This document shows positions 46,834-56,825 of a stretch of DNA of 64,000 bases, piece after piece. Position 1 is the stretch's first letter. Each line of letters begins with the position of its first letter. Origin of the DNA: Naegleria gruberi. Its lineage: Eukaryota. The notes below the pieces were generated by a model. That model saw only the letters and a program-made list of their open reading frames with translations. It was not told the DNA's origin and did no database searches. The DNA is taken from NCBI GenBank assembly GCA_000004985.1, contig GG738928.1; one strand, given 5' to 3'. The translations under genes were made by a program, and so were the position numbers.

Positions 46834-48048
46834 TTAGTAATTATTGGGATGAATGAAGGGATTACTGAATGGATTGGTGAATGGAAGGGATGGTGATGAG
46901 GTGATGGGTATTATTGGTTGAGTATTTGTAGTCAATTCAGGTGTTGGATCAGTAGGAGTGAAATTTTCTTCCAAATTTGATGAGAAAGTTGTTGGAAAGG
47001 GTATTGAAGATGATCCAGATAATCCAGGTAATGGAAATGATGGATTTGATGAGGTTATTGTGCTATTATTCAAAGTAAATGATGGAGATTGTTGTAAATT
47101 TTCAAATTGAGGAAATGGAATAGGATTTGGATTGGATGATTCTTCCTTTGCTGGTTCTTGTGCAAATTTCTTTTCAGTATTCATTAGCAATTGTCTATAA
47201 GCATCACTCAGTGGCGTGTGGTGTGAAAACTCACAGGAGTCACCCTTCTTACATGAATTGTACAAGTGGAAGAATTTACATGGGAAAGTCTTCTTGTCAT
47301 GACTGAATGGACAACTATCTCCCTTATGGCAATTACCGTGAAGGAAGAATTTGCAGAAATCCTTGACTAGTGGCTCTTTAGGTTCCATAACTTTGAATTT
47401 TTTGTGAGCTGATCTATCATCCTTCTTTTGTTTTCTCTTTTTGTCCTGTTTGGTCTTGTTTGATTTGGAAGGACTACTCTTTTTCTTTCCTTGCTTTGTT
47501 ACTTTTTCATGTTTTTGTGTTTCATCAATTTTTTCAACCAAGAATTCTTCTCTTATTTGTTTTGAATTATTTTCCAAATTATTGATTGGAACAATTTCAC
47601 TTGGAATTTCTAAATTAGATAAAGATGGATTAGCAACAGTTTCATTACTAGATGCTTCCTCACTTGTAATATTCTTCTTCTTTTGTTTCCGTGTTACTTT
47701 CTTAATTTTAGGCTTTTCATTAGAATTTGATTTTTTCATTTCCATTCCGAAATTATTTCCTCGATCCAATGAATTATCCTCCTCAGTACCGACTTTATTT
47801 TCCAAAGCTAGACCTCTCAAACTATCCAATCCTTTTTTCTCATCCCTTTGTCCTTCATATTTCCTCGTCAAATCAATTTGTTTTGGTGTTTTAATAAATT
47901 CATCAAAAATCGAGAGCATTTCTGGTTTGTTTTTAAACCACTCGGAAGAAGCCTTCTCTCGGAGACATTTCTGCAATGCTTCTATCGAACATTCATTGGT
48001 GTTATCAGCAAGTGTTTGGGTAGAGTGATCATGTTGATGTTCTCCCAT
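46834..48048 (-). CDS. CCCH-type (C-x7-C-x5-C-x3-H) tandem zinc-finger protein, Lys-rich
   Basis: Two C3H1 fingers, FCKFFLHGNCHKGDSCPFSHD and FPCKFFHLYNSCKKGDSCEFSHH. A KKKxK-rich basic region precedes them and the C-terminus is S/P-rich. Confidence 0.65.
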   Translation of the reverse strand: MGEHQHDHSTQTLADNTNECSIEALQKCLREKASSEWFKNKPEMLSIFDEFIKTPKQIDLTRKYEGQRDEKKGLDSLRGLALENKVGTEEDNSLDRGNNFGMEMKKSNSNEKPKIKKVTRKQKKKNITSEEASSNETVANPSLSNLEIPSEIVPINNLENNSKQIREEFLVEKIDETQKHEKVTKQGKKKSSPSKSNKTKQDKKRKQKKDDRSAHKKFKVMEPKEPLVKDFCKFFLHGNCHKGDSCPFSHDKKTFPCKFFHLYNSCKKGDSCEFSHHTPLSDAYRQLLMNTEKKFAQEPAKEESSNPNPIPFPQFENLQQSPSFTLNNSTITSSNPSFPLPGLSGSSSIPFPTTFSSNLEENFTPTDPTPELTTNTQPIIPITSSPSLPFTNPFSNPFIHPNNY

Positions 48049-48191
48049 TTTTTTTCTTCATGTTCAATTTATTAACCTATCAAATATTCATCATACCACT
48101 GTTTTACAAAATATTATTCAACTGATTCATATGTAACCATATTAAACAATATTTATTCAACTCTTCACATATGTTGAACACTTAAATGTAA

Positions 48192-48264
48192 GTACCCTTG
48201 GCTCAATTGGAAGAGCATCGGCCTACGGAGCCGGGGGTTGTGGGTTCGAGTCCCACAGGGTATA
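48192..48264 (+). tRNA. tRNA-Arg (anticodon ACG)
   Basis: Reads GUACCCU-U-G-GCUC-AAUUGGAA-GAGC-A-UCGGC-CUACGGA-GCCGG-GGGUU-GUGGG-UUCGAGU-CCCAC-AGGGUAU-A. The cloverleaf has a G1:U72 wobble and a 7-nt anticodon loop carrying ACG at positions 34-36. Confidence 0.8.
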
Positions 48265-48476
48265 ACTTTTTACTACATTGCAAACTATCTTTATCTTCTT
48301 TATTTTCGTTGAATCACAATTCATTTAGATATTTGAGGAATTTAACATAAGTTGAATAAATTCAAATATTTACAAGAAGGGATTCAGAAACAAAGGTTTA
48401 CTTATATTGAGTTTAAGAAAAATTAGAAAGATGTGTTGAATAATTAAACAAAATTTAATTTTTTATCTTGAATTCC

Positions 48477-50099
48477 TTACAATTCAAAAACTTTACCAGT
48501 ATTAAGAACAAGATTCTTATCGATAGCTCTCTTAAGAACTCTCATAAGATTGACAGCTTCTGGATCATGTTCAGTGTAGAGACCTTCTTGCTTACCAATA
48601 CCAACACCATGTTCACCAGAGCAGGTACCATCTCTTTCAATGGCTCTCTTAATGAGAACGTCATTGAATTGCAAGATGGTTTCCAATTCTTGCTTGTTGC
48701 TATCCAAGTATGGAATCATAAAGTGGAAATTACCATCACCAACGTGACCAACAATTGCAGGTGGGAGAGTAAAGTTACCAGTCTTGGCTTGATTTTCATT
48801 GAATTCAACAACATCACGTTCACTCAATTCAATAATATCAGCAAGCTTTGAAACTGGAACACAGACATCAGTGACGTACAATTTAACATCACCCTTCTTT
48901 CCTTCCTTCAACTTGAAGGCAGCATAATAGACATTTCTTCTAGCATGCCAGACTTCCTTTTGTTCATTTTCATCAGTGGTTGCAAGATACTCACGACCAC
49001 CATGCTTCTTGGCAATTTCTTCGACAATTTCAGAAGAAACCTTCAATGAAGCTTCATCAGCGCCATGGAATTCAAAAAAGAGGGTTGGACTAACTTCAAA
49101 ATCTCTGTTAAATTGCTTGTTAACAGCCATAATACCATACTTATTGATGAGTTCACATCTGGCCATATTTGAAACACCTCTTGATTTAACTTCAATAACA
49201 GTCTTGGCAGCATCACTGATAGAATTGAAAATGACACGACTGGCCAAAACCTTTGGTGGCTTGCTGATAATCTTCAAAGTAGCTTCAAGAATGATACCCA
49301 ATAAACCTTCACTTCCGACAAACAAGTGAGTCAAATCAAATCCAGTACTGCTCTTCAAAGCACGAGTTCTTGTAGTAATAATGGTACCATTTTCATCTGG
49401 CAAGACAACCTTAATTTGTAAAACATTTTCACGAATAGTTCCGTGAGCAACAGAGAGAGTACCACTAGCACCAGTTGATAATTGACCACCAATACTACTG
49501 TCACTTCCAGGATCGACAGCAAACATTAATCCCTTATTTTCCAAATATTCATTCAATTCAGATTTCTTAATACCAGTTTGAACTTTAACTTGTAAATCTT
49601 CTTCATACAAGTGGAGAACTGAACGCATCAATCTCATATTAACAGCAACACCTCCATGATATGGAACTGCACCACCTTCCAATCCAGTCAATGTACCTTG
49701 AGCAACAATTGGTAATTTTTCACGAACACACAAGGCCATAATCTTGGAAACTTCTTCATTACTAGTTGGGAAAACCAAAACGTCAACCTCTCCACGATGG
49801 AAATGAGAAGCATCAATGGTATGTTTAGCAATAGTTTGTGTTTGATTAGCATCAGCCATATTCTTTCCAAACTTGGTACTAAATACTCTGCTCTCATCTC
49901 CTCCAACAATTGAAAGAATTGTTTCATAGTGTTTATCAGTAAACTTTTGATAGGAAGCCACTCCTTGTTTTTCCACCACTTTGGATCCGACAACATTTTG
50001 CTTTTGAGCAACCAACAATTGTTGTTTAATTTCCATATTTTGATAATATAAGAAAGCCACGAGTGGCACCAACACTAAAATCAAGAGTTTGGATAACAT
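48477..50099 (-). CDS. FAD-linked oxidase/D-lactate dehydrogenase (cytochrome)-like, with an N-terminal hydrophobic targeting or anchor segment
   Basis: A 540-aa ORF. The FAD-binding PCMH-type region reads VLVFPTSNEEVSKIMALCVREKLPIVAQGTLTGLEGGAVP. The C-terminal substrate domain includes HVGDGNFHF and GEHGVGIGK. These resemble the DLD/GlcD family. Confidence 0.8.
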   Translation of the reverse strand: MLSKLLILVLVPLVAFLYYQNMEIKQQLLVAQKQNVVGSKVVEKQGVASYQKFTDKHYETILSIVGGDESRVFSTKFGKNMADANQTQTIAKHTIDASHFHRGEVDVLVFPTSNEEVSKIMALCVREKLPIVAQGTLTGLEGGAVPYHGGVAVNMRLMRSVLHLYEEDLQVKVQTGIKKSELNEYLENKGLMFAVDPGSDSSIGGQLSTGASGTLSVAHGTIRENVLQIKVVLPDENGTIITTRTRALKSSTGFDLTHLFVGSEGLLGIILEATLKIISKPPKVLASRVIFNSISDAAKTVIEVKSRGVSNMARCELINKYGIMAVNKQFNRDFEVSPTLFFEFHGADEASLKVSSEIVEEIAKKHGGREYLATTDENEQKEVWHARRNVYYAAFKLKEGKKGDVKLYVTDVCVPVSKLADIIELSERDVVEFNENQAKTGNFTLPPAIVGHVGDGNFHFMIPYLDSNKQELETILQFNDVLIKRAIERDGTCSGEHGVGIGKQEGLYTEHDPEAVNLMRVLKRAIDKNLVLNTGKVFEL

Positions 50100-50684
50100 T
50101 CTCTCCGATGTGAGTGTTGTTGTATAGGTATGTCTTGTTGTATTTTTTTTTGATTTTCCTAAAAAGTTTCTGATTGTTTTGATTGAGCGTCTTGTGCAGG
50201 TGTGGTGATATTAACTTCATAGTAGTTGAATATTGAGGTTGCATGATGACCATTATGTTATAATTGACTATTGAGGACCTCACTCGATACTGAGCGAAAA
50301 AAAATTAAGGACATTTAGAAGGATATTTAAAAAGCTGAAAGCCGAATGGATATTGAATAAGACCTCTTACTCCTTCATTCCGAAAATTAATTTTCAAATA
50401 TTTGCATAATATTTATATCTAAATAATATTTAATAAAAAGGAAGAACTTGAACTCATAGAATGATGAACCTTGGGAAAAGCTAATGATGAACTTGGTTTT
50501 TATTAATAACGATAACATTGAACCAACCAAACACCAAATCAAAACTTTGAAAAAATACAACAACTAGTAGTAGGAAGAAGAACTTCTATTTGCAATTCAT
50601 CACTACAGTCGATTTCATTAAAAAAAGAAGAGGAAATTTATAGTAGATCAAATTGTCAATTGTTATTGAAAAAATAGTATCATC

Positions 50685-51827
50685 ATGAAGGCGTTTTTAA
50701 AGAATTTTGCAAAGGCTATTGGAGGTTCCGATAAAGTTTCTTCTGAAAGTCAAGTCTTGTTGGAGAATATTCCATTCGAAGCCAAAATGAGGGAACAATA
50801 TCCTTGTAATGTGCTTGGTTATAGTACTTTTTACAATGATCAAGGACTACCAAATGATAGAACTCAACAATGGTGTCCATATCAAGTTATTGGACCACCT
50901 ACTTGTTATCCAAATTTAGGAGATAATGTGACTGCTTGGTGTCCTGCTGGAATGGCTGGTCCTGAACACATTATTGTAGAATATGAAAAGCCAGTTATTG
51001 CAAAGGAAGTTCATGTTTATGAAACCTTAGGACCTGGATCAACTTGTAAAATATCTTGTAAAGTATATAAGGGAGAGGAAGATAAATCAGAAGAATGGAT
51101 TGTCTTGTGGGAAGATAAAACAGTCGTGACAAATGTTTCGGCTACAGCAGCAAGAGATTTTTCTCCTCCAATCTCTCAACTAGTTCTTACCAAGGTTATA
51201 AGGGTAGACTTGAATATTACATCCACTTGGTCTGAAATTGATACAATTAAATTAGTAGGAAATTATGATGTGGATCATGTGGAAATTACAGAACTTGGAT
51301 CAGAATATAGACAATTGTTCACTCAAGCTCAGGAAGATGGGCAAAACTACTCCGATGTCACCATTTCTTTGGTTAATTCTGACAAGCAAATTAATGCACA
51401 CAAGGGAATTATTGCTAGTAGATCGCCATATTTACTCAAACAATTGACTGTTCAAGATGGTCCACAGATTCATTTAGGGCTTGATGTCTCTTTTGAAAGT
51501 TTAAAACAAGCCATCTCATTCTTGTATTGTAATCATTGTGCTGTTTCTCTTGATACACTTTTTGAGCTCTATGCAATTGCCAACATTTTTGATTGTGATG
51601 ATTTGAAAGAGTTTTGTGAACATAATTTGACACTCTTGCTTACTCCAAGTAATCTTCAGGAAGTTTATGATAAGGCAGTTCAAAACCATCATACATCATT
51701 AACAGATACCATCCTTAGAGTTATGTTCAAGCACTACGATAGAATACAACAACTTGGTTTACAACAAATTCTCACAGAGAAAGATGCTCTCACCCTTAAA
51801 AATATGAGACGATCAAATAGTAAATAA
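50685..51827 (+). CDS. BTB/POZ domain protein with an N-terminal Cys/Trp-containing beta-rich domain of unknown type
   Basis: A 380-aa ORF. The C-terminal half has a BTB-like core (DVTISLVNSDKQINAHKGIIASRSPYLLKQL...FESLKQAISFLYCNHCAVSLDTLFELYAIANIF) and a BACK-like tail. Confidence 0.55.
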   Translation: MKAFLKNFAKAIGGSDKVSSESQVLLENIPFEAKMREQYPCNVLGYSTFYNDQGLPNDRTQQWCPYQVIGPPTCYPNLGDNVTAWCPAGMAGPEHIIVEYEKPVIAKEVHVYETLGPGSTCKISCKVYKGEEDKSEEWIVLWEDKTVVTNVSATAARDFSPPISQLVLTKVIRVDLNITSTWSEIDTIKLVGNYDVDHVEITELGSEYRQLFTQAQEDGQNYSDVTISLVNSDKQINAHKGIIASRSPYLLKQLTVQDGPQIHLGLDVSFESLKQAISFLYCNHCAVSLDTLFELYAIANIFDCDDLKEFCEHNLTLLLTPSNLQEVYDKAVQNHHTSLTDTILRVMFKHYDRIQQLGLQQILTEKDALTLKNMRRSNSK

Positions 51828-51903
51828 TTTACGCATTCCTCTAATACTCTAAATTATTTAGTGAATTATTCAAAGTCTAAAATTTCATTTATTTGGGAAA
51901 ATC

Positions 51904-52642
51904 CTAAATTCCTAAAATAACTCTCTTCTTTGCCGTAAATTCCTCCTCAGTCAAAATTCCAGAATCTCTCAACGAGGCCAATTTTTCCAAATCCTGAATA
52001 ATTGAATCATTCTTTGATTTTCCAATTTGACTTGTTGAAGTTGATGAGCTAGTGTTATTCGATTTTTCATTTACAATAATTTTTTGATAATTAGTTTCAC
52101 CAGTTTTCACATCATATTCGAAACCAGTTTTTTGTGGAGATTTCTTGAAATTCTTTGAATTTTCAGAGATTGAAGTAGCATGAGATGAATGTTTAGATGT
52201 AATGTAAGCTTGACCAAAGTTTCCATCAAATCTTTGTTTGAAACGAAGTCCTTGAGAGCCATCAAACAAGATAAAAGTTCCATCACTTGTCAAGTTGAAA
52301 GGAAATTTCTTTTCCAGTCTAACTTCTGGCATACAAAGTTTAATTTCAATTTTGTGTTCACGAGAAATATTTGGAAATGGTATGTTTAGAATAACGTGTT
52401 CATTCATATCGGAATCTCCACTTTCGAATACTTTTTCAAATTCAGCATCCGACGTGACTGTTCTCACATGAATAGTCTAAAGAATGATGAATTATTGAAA
52501 AGTTAATGAATAATAATATACATACTGTTGGAAACTCTTCGGAAGTTGGAAGTTTATAAATGAAAAGGTTTAGTTCAGTTGTTATTGACATTTTTTTTGG
52601 TTTTGAAATTGATAAGAAATCAGTGATTACCGATTTGTACAT
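51904..52642 (-). CDS. Hypothetical protein with a C-terminal SHOCT-like motif. Two exons: 52526..52642 and 51904..52476. The intron at 52477..52525 is 49 nt (GTATGT...TTTAG).
   Basis: Exon 1 (MYKSVITDFLSISKPKKMSITTELNLFIYKLPTSEEFPT) joins in frame to exon 2 (TIHVRTVTSDAEFEKVF...). The C-terminal 28 aa, LEKLASLRDSGILTEEEFTAKKRVILGI, match the SHOCT consensus. Confidence 0.5.
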
Positions 52643-52754
52643 TTTCTAATGAGTACTTGTCAGTGAAATAAATGTCATGCCTCCATTACACAGTTGCTCT
52701 ACCTTGATACAGTGATTTAGTGCCAATATTAATAAATTCGAAAATTGAATGCAA

Positions 52755-52828
52755 GCGCCGTTAGATCAGTTGGTTAGATCGTCAGCTTTACACGCTGAAG
52801 GTCAAGGGTTCGACTCCCTTACGGCGTA
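52755..52828 (+). tRNA. tRNA-Val (anticodon TAC)
   Basis: Reads GCGCCGU-U-A-GAUC-AGUUGGUUA-GAUC-G-UCAGC-UUUACAC-GCUGA-AGGUC-AAGGG-UUCGACU-CCCUU-ACGGCGU-A. Confidence 0.85.
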
Positions 52829-53270
52829 TCTTTTGCCAAGTTTTTGAATTTGACCTTATTCCAGGAAGTATGTGTGCTACCTAAACGCATCACTTCCTTT
52901 CAACAATGACCGAAAATACCATGCAAAATGATGATGTACATCAAAGAAACTTCAATTTTTTCACATCAATATTGGCGCCATAAACAATAAACTTTTATTC
53001 TCCCAGACACCTGATTTGCTTGTCAATCAAATCTAACAAAAAATCCATCAATCGAAACACTTCAATTCATTGTAAAGTGATTGACAGGTTCGGAGGTTAC
53101 ATCCTTGACTTCAACGAACACTTAGCAGCATCATCTTTGCACACACCACGTCTCAACCAACTTTTGCACAAACCCATCACACAACTTGTCAACCTGCACG
53201 TCAGTTGTTTAAATTTTTCACACCAATCAACTCTTTCAAAAAAAACAAAAACACAAAACAATCAATACAA

Positions 53271-53687
53271 ATGGCCGGTGTCCCAATCCACGATGATGTT
53301 GTCGGTGACTTCAACGCAATGAAATTGAAGAAGGAATCCCAAGCTATCAAGTTTGGTATGACTGCCAAGTTGGATCAAGTTGTCGTTGTTGAAAAGCTTG
53401 CCTATGGTACTTCATATGATGATTTCATCAACTCCTTGCCAGATAACGACTGTTTGTATGCCGTCGTTGACTTCCACTACGATAACGAAGATGGTCACAG
53501 ACAAAAGATGATCTTTATCAATTGGGCTCCAGTCAAGGCTCCAATCAAGAAAAAGATGGTCTATGCTGCTACTAAACAATCTGTTAAGGATAAGTTGGTT
53601 GGTATCTCCTTGGAAATTCAAGCTACCGATAAGTCAGAAGTTGAAGCTTCCGTTGTCATTGAAAGATGTAACGCCATCTCCAAGTAA
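53271..53687 (+). CDS. Actin-depolymerizing factor/cofilin (ADF-H domain)
   Basis: A 138-aa product starting MAGVPIHDDVVGDFNAMKLKKESQAIKFGM. ADF-H motifs are present (YAVVDFHYDNEDGHRQKMIFINWAPVKAPIKKKMVYAATKQSVKDKL). The ORF track's upstream start at 53205 is an in-frame extension; ATG 53271 is the likely start. Confidence 0.85.
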   Translation: MAGVPIHDDVVGDFNAMKLKKESQAIKFGMTAKLDQVVVVEKLAYGTSYDDFINSLPDNDCLYAVVDFHYDNEDGHRQKMIFINWAPVKAPIKKKMVYAATKQSVKDKLVGISLEIQATDKSEVEASVVIERCNAISK

Positions 53688-53897
53688 ATTTTTTCTACTA
53701 CTAAAAAACAACAACACTAAAGTAAAAACACACGAGAGATTTTGTATCATAATTAGTATATGTTAAATTGTTGTTCTTCTATCTCGATGTCATCATTCGT
53801 AAAAGAATTTATGTAAAAATTAGCAAATTTTTGGTATTATTTAATTTTTAATGAATGAGCTACGTAAAATCACCTTATTATATTAGATTAAGTGTAA

Positions 53898-53969
53898 GGG
53901 ACCATGGTCTAGTGGTATGATTCTCGCTTTGGGTGCGAGAGGCCGTGGGTTCGATTCCCACTGGTCCCC
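53898..53969 (+). tRNA. tRNA-Pro (anticodon TGG)
   Basis: Reads GGGACCA-U-G-GUCU-AGUGGUAU-GAUU-CUCGC-UUUGGGU-GCGAG-AGGCC-GUGGG-UUCGAUU-CCCAC-UGGUCCC-C. Confidence 0.85.
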
Positions 53970-54527
53970 ATTTCCTTTTACATCTCATTCACTTGTTGTA
54001 ATTATTCAATTCTGTTTTAATTTGTTCAACCCTACATTCAAATCTATCCCAGGAGTGAAATTTCCTTTTGCCTTAAATCTAAATCTCTTGACCTTTCTTT
54101 TCAAAATTATCAAAAAAAATAATCATGCGTTTCTACCCTGCACAAACCACAACCGAAACAGCAGAACAAAAGAGAGAACGCTTGGAACGAGCCAGTAAGG
54201 TTGCAATGACTCTGTTCATTGAAGAGATGCGATCAAATTCAAAGCCGAAATTGGTGCCGCTGAAGAAATGAAACATTTGTTATTCATCAGAAAATAAACA
54301 GAAGCTCCATGTGAGATTGGTGTGGTAGCCTTAGTTAATTAACAAAAGACGTTCTAAAGCCACTCCGGCTTGGTAACTCCTTACAAACAGTCGTCAATCG
54401 TCTTTATCATCTTCCAAATTCTCGCAGGCCATTTCCTTTACCTTCTTCTTACTGTTGAAATGGTATTCCATCTGATTACATTTCTTGATAGCATTGGATT
54501 CAGCAATACGCAACTCATCTATATTTC

Positions 54528-54546
54528 TCGATTCCCACTGGTCCCC
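54528..54546 (+). repeat. 19-nt fragment identical to the 3' end (T-arm plus acceptor) of the tRNA-Pro gene 560 bp upstream
   Basis: tcgattcccactggtcccc matches 53951..53969 exactly. Confidence 0.6.
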
Positions 54547-54560
54547 TTCTATTTTAATTT

Positions 54561-55520
54561 ATGTATACTCTCTTAAAAAATCAATTTGTGGCATCAGATC
54601 AATATTTGAAAAAAATGCCACTAACCAAGCTTGACGTAGTGATTGAATTATTTCAAACTGAAGTTTCGTTTATTCAGCATGTGCAACAGGCAGCTATGTC
54701 GACCGATAAATCACGCTACAATCAATTCTACAATTCACATTTACAAAAGTTTCTAAATTTCGTCTCACCAAACTCTCAATTAGTTTCCCAATATTCTAAA
54801 ATAATCAATTCCGATAATTATCAATTTTTATTAGAAGAATTCACTTTAAATTTTATCAAAGTACTAAACAGTGACGATTTCCTCTCTACTTACATTGTTC
54901 TTTGTCAATTCGAATTGAGAAAGGAATCGGCATGTTATTTTTGTGGACGAATGCCAAGATATAAATTGATATTTGATGAATTTTTGAAAAGGGAATCAGA
55001 TGAGCAGATCAAGATTAGAATCATTAATCCAATTTTGGAAAAATTAAAGGAAATTTGTACAATAATCAATTTAAACTTTGGAATTATTTCAATGTTGAAT
55101 GTGAAGGAAACCAAGTTTTTTCAAATTGAAACTCTGATTTATGAATTGGTGATTTTGGATGTGAATTTCAATATTAACAAGTACATTTTTGGGAAGTTGA
55201 TTTACAAGAAGAGAAAATTAGAACATGGAATGATTTATATTCCCATTAATAGTAATCAACTCATCTTGTTGACAGTAAATGGTCCAATTGACCAGCTTTC
55301 TTCAATTCATTCAGCAGTTGATTTTGGAAATGAAGGAAAAATTGTATATTCCAAATATTCAATTTACAAAATTATTGACCTAATGAAATGTGAAATTTCC
55401 TACAAAGAGGAAGGAATTGAAATCAAGACAAAATCAAAAACAATTACAATGAACTTGAATTTATTCGATTCCAAGATTAATATTTGGAAATTGATGTGTT
55501 TGAGGAGATTTAAATTGTAA
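54561..55520 (+). CDS. Hypothetical protein (319-aa ORF; the true start is possibly the internal Met at MPLTKLDVV)
   Basis: A long ORF with plausible codon composition. I recognised no domain. Confidence 0.4.
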   Translation: MYTLLKNQFVASDQYLKKMPLTKLDVVIELFQTEVSFIQHVQQAAMSTDKSRYNQFYNSHLQKFLNFVSPNSQLVSQYSKIINSDNYQFLLEEFTLNFIKVLNSDDFLSTYIVLCQFELRKESACYFCGRMPRYKLIFDEFLKRESDEQIKIRIINPILEKLKEICTIINLNFGIISMLNVKETKFFQIETLIYELVILDVNFNINKYIFGKLIYKKRKLEHGMIYIPINSNQLILLTVNGPIDQLSSIHSAVDFGNEGKIVYSKYSIYKIIDLMKCEISYKEEGIEIKTKSKTITMNLNLFDSKINIWKLMCLRRFKL

Positions 55521-55602
55521 ATTATTATCACTATTGTACTCTTTAAATTGTATTTAAAATTGGCGGGAACCAATTCTAATTCATGTTCCAAATACAAAAA
55601 AA

Positions 55603-56598
55603 ATGTATGACGATGAAAAAGTAACTGCCCTAGATAATTATCAGAGAGGTTCTTATCAAGGAGTTTCGCAAAGGTTTGTATTTAATATTTAAATTATTTA
55701 AATTGATGATGAATTGATGATGGAAAAAACTGATTCCGATCGGAATGAATCATTTGCATGATACAGTGATGAAACCAATGATAAATTGAGTAAAGATACT
55801 TTGGAAATTATTGAATCTTATAATTCTGTAAATAATTCATTCACTCACACTTCTCCGATTCGTATGTATTGAATAATTATACAAGTTTGAAAATATATTA
55901 ATTATTCTCTCATATTGTTCAAATATTAGCTGAGGGAAAGGTAATTCTTGTGGGAGAGACAATGGTCGGAAAAACATGTTTATTCGTTAGGATTACAAAG
56001 AATGTTTTTGGAAGTAATTATAGACCTACAATAGGAATGGATTTTAATATTAAGAAATATAAAATATATGATATACCATTTTCATTGGTATTGTGGGATA
56101 CTGCAGGTCAAGAGAGATTTAAGAGGTAGGTTTGTCACAATTCACACAATTTGATTTATTTAAATGGAAAATAGTCTTTCGACATCCTATCACAGAGGAG
56201 CTAGTGCTTGCATTTTAACATTTGATCTTAATGCTCCAGACACCTTACATGCTGTCAGGGGATGGTACAATCAAGTGAAAACACATGCTGAGGAACCAAA
56301 TATCAAGTGGTATCTCGTGGGAACAAAATGTGACTTGGTGAAACATGTTGATGAAGTGGAAGTTAAACAATTGGCTGAGGAATTGAAGGCAGAATATTGG
56401 GAAGTTTCATCTAAGGAAGGAATTAATGTTGATAAATTATTTAATAGAATTGCCTTTGTTGCTTGGAAGGATAAATTGATAAAGTGGAATGATAGTAACA
56501 CTTCAACAAATACCATTCCTTCAAAACCTAAGGTAGATATTCAAAAGCCAACTCAGGATGGAACATCTCAAACGAACAACTCTAAATGTAATTGCTAA
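55603..56598 (+). CDS. Rab-family small GTPase with an N-terminal extension of about 55 aa. Four exons: 55603..55673, 55767..55861, 55930..56125 and 56175..56598. Introns are 93 nt (GTTTGT), 68 nt (GTATGT) and 49 nt (GTAGGT).
   Basis: The spliced product carries a P-loop (KVILVGETMVGKT), switch II (WDTAGQERFKS|LSTSYHRGAS), the N/TKxD box (LVGTKCDL), ETSAK-like SSKEG and a C-terminal CNC prenylation motif. All exon junctions keep the frame. Confidence 0.7.
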
Positions 56599-56825
56599 AA
56601 CAAGCAATTCAAATAATTATTGAAAATAATGTAAATTAACTTATTCACGACTTGAGCACTTTCAAATAAAACTAGTGTGTTTATAATGATTCCCAGAATA
56701 CTATCGTTTGGTATTTTCTAATCTTTCAATTTAAATTCATGAAATAATCAATTTACAATCACAGTTCATCCAAGCTTGCAATACAGAACGACGATTTCCA
56801 ATAAGGTTAGTAATAATACTATAAA

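Noticed and set aside
47441-49329. ORFs 47441..48028, 47848..48075, 48468..48851, 48976..49329, 49043..49237, 49688..50011
   Set aside because: They overlap the CCCH zinc-finger or D-LDH genes, on the antisense strand or out of frame. Each overlap region has a single coherent coding frame supported by conserved motifs.
53205-53270. Upstream extension of the cofilin ORF (MFKFFTPINSFKKNKNTKQSIQ)
   Set aside because: This is an A-rich 5' leader in frame by chance. The conserved ADF-H N-terminus begins at the ATG at 53271 (MAGVPIHDD).
53917-54198. 93-aa ORF starting MILALGARGRGFDSHWSP
   Set aside because: It reads through the tRNA-Pro gene (53898..53969). The tRNA cloverleaf explains the sequence conservation.
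54125-54271. 48-aa ORF MRFYPAQTTTETAEQKRERLERASKVAMTLFIEEMRSNSKPKLVPLKK
   Set aside because: It is too short, has no recognisable similarity and lies in the tRNA-Pro flank. It could be a small protein but cannot be supported from sequence alone.
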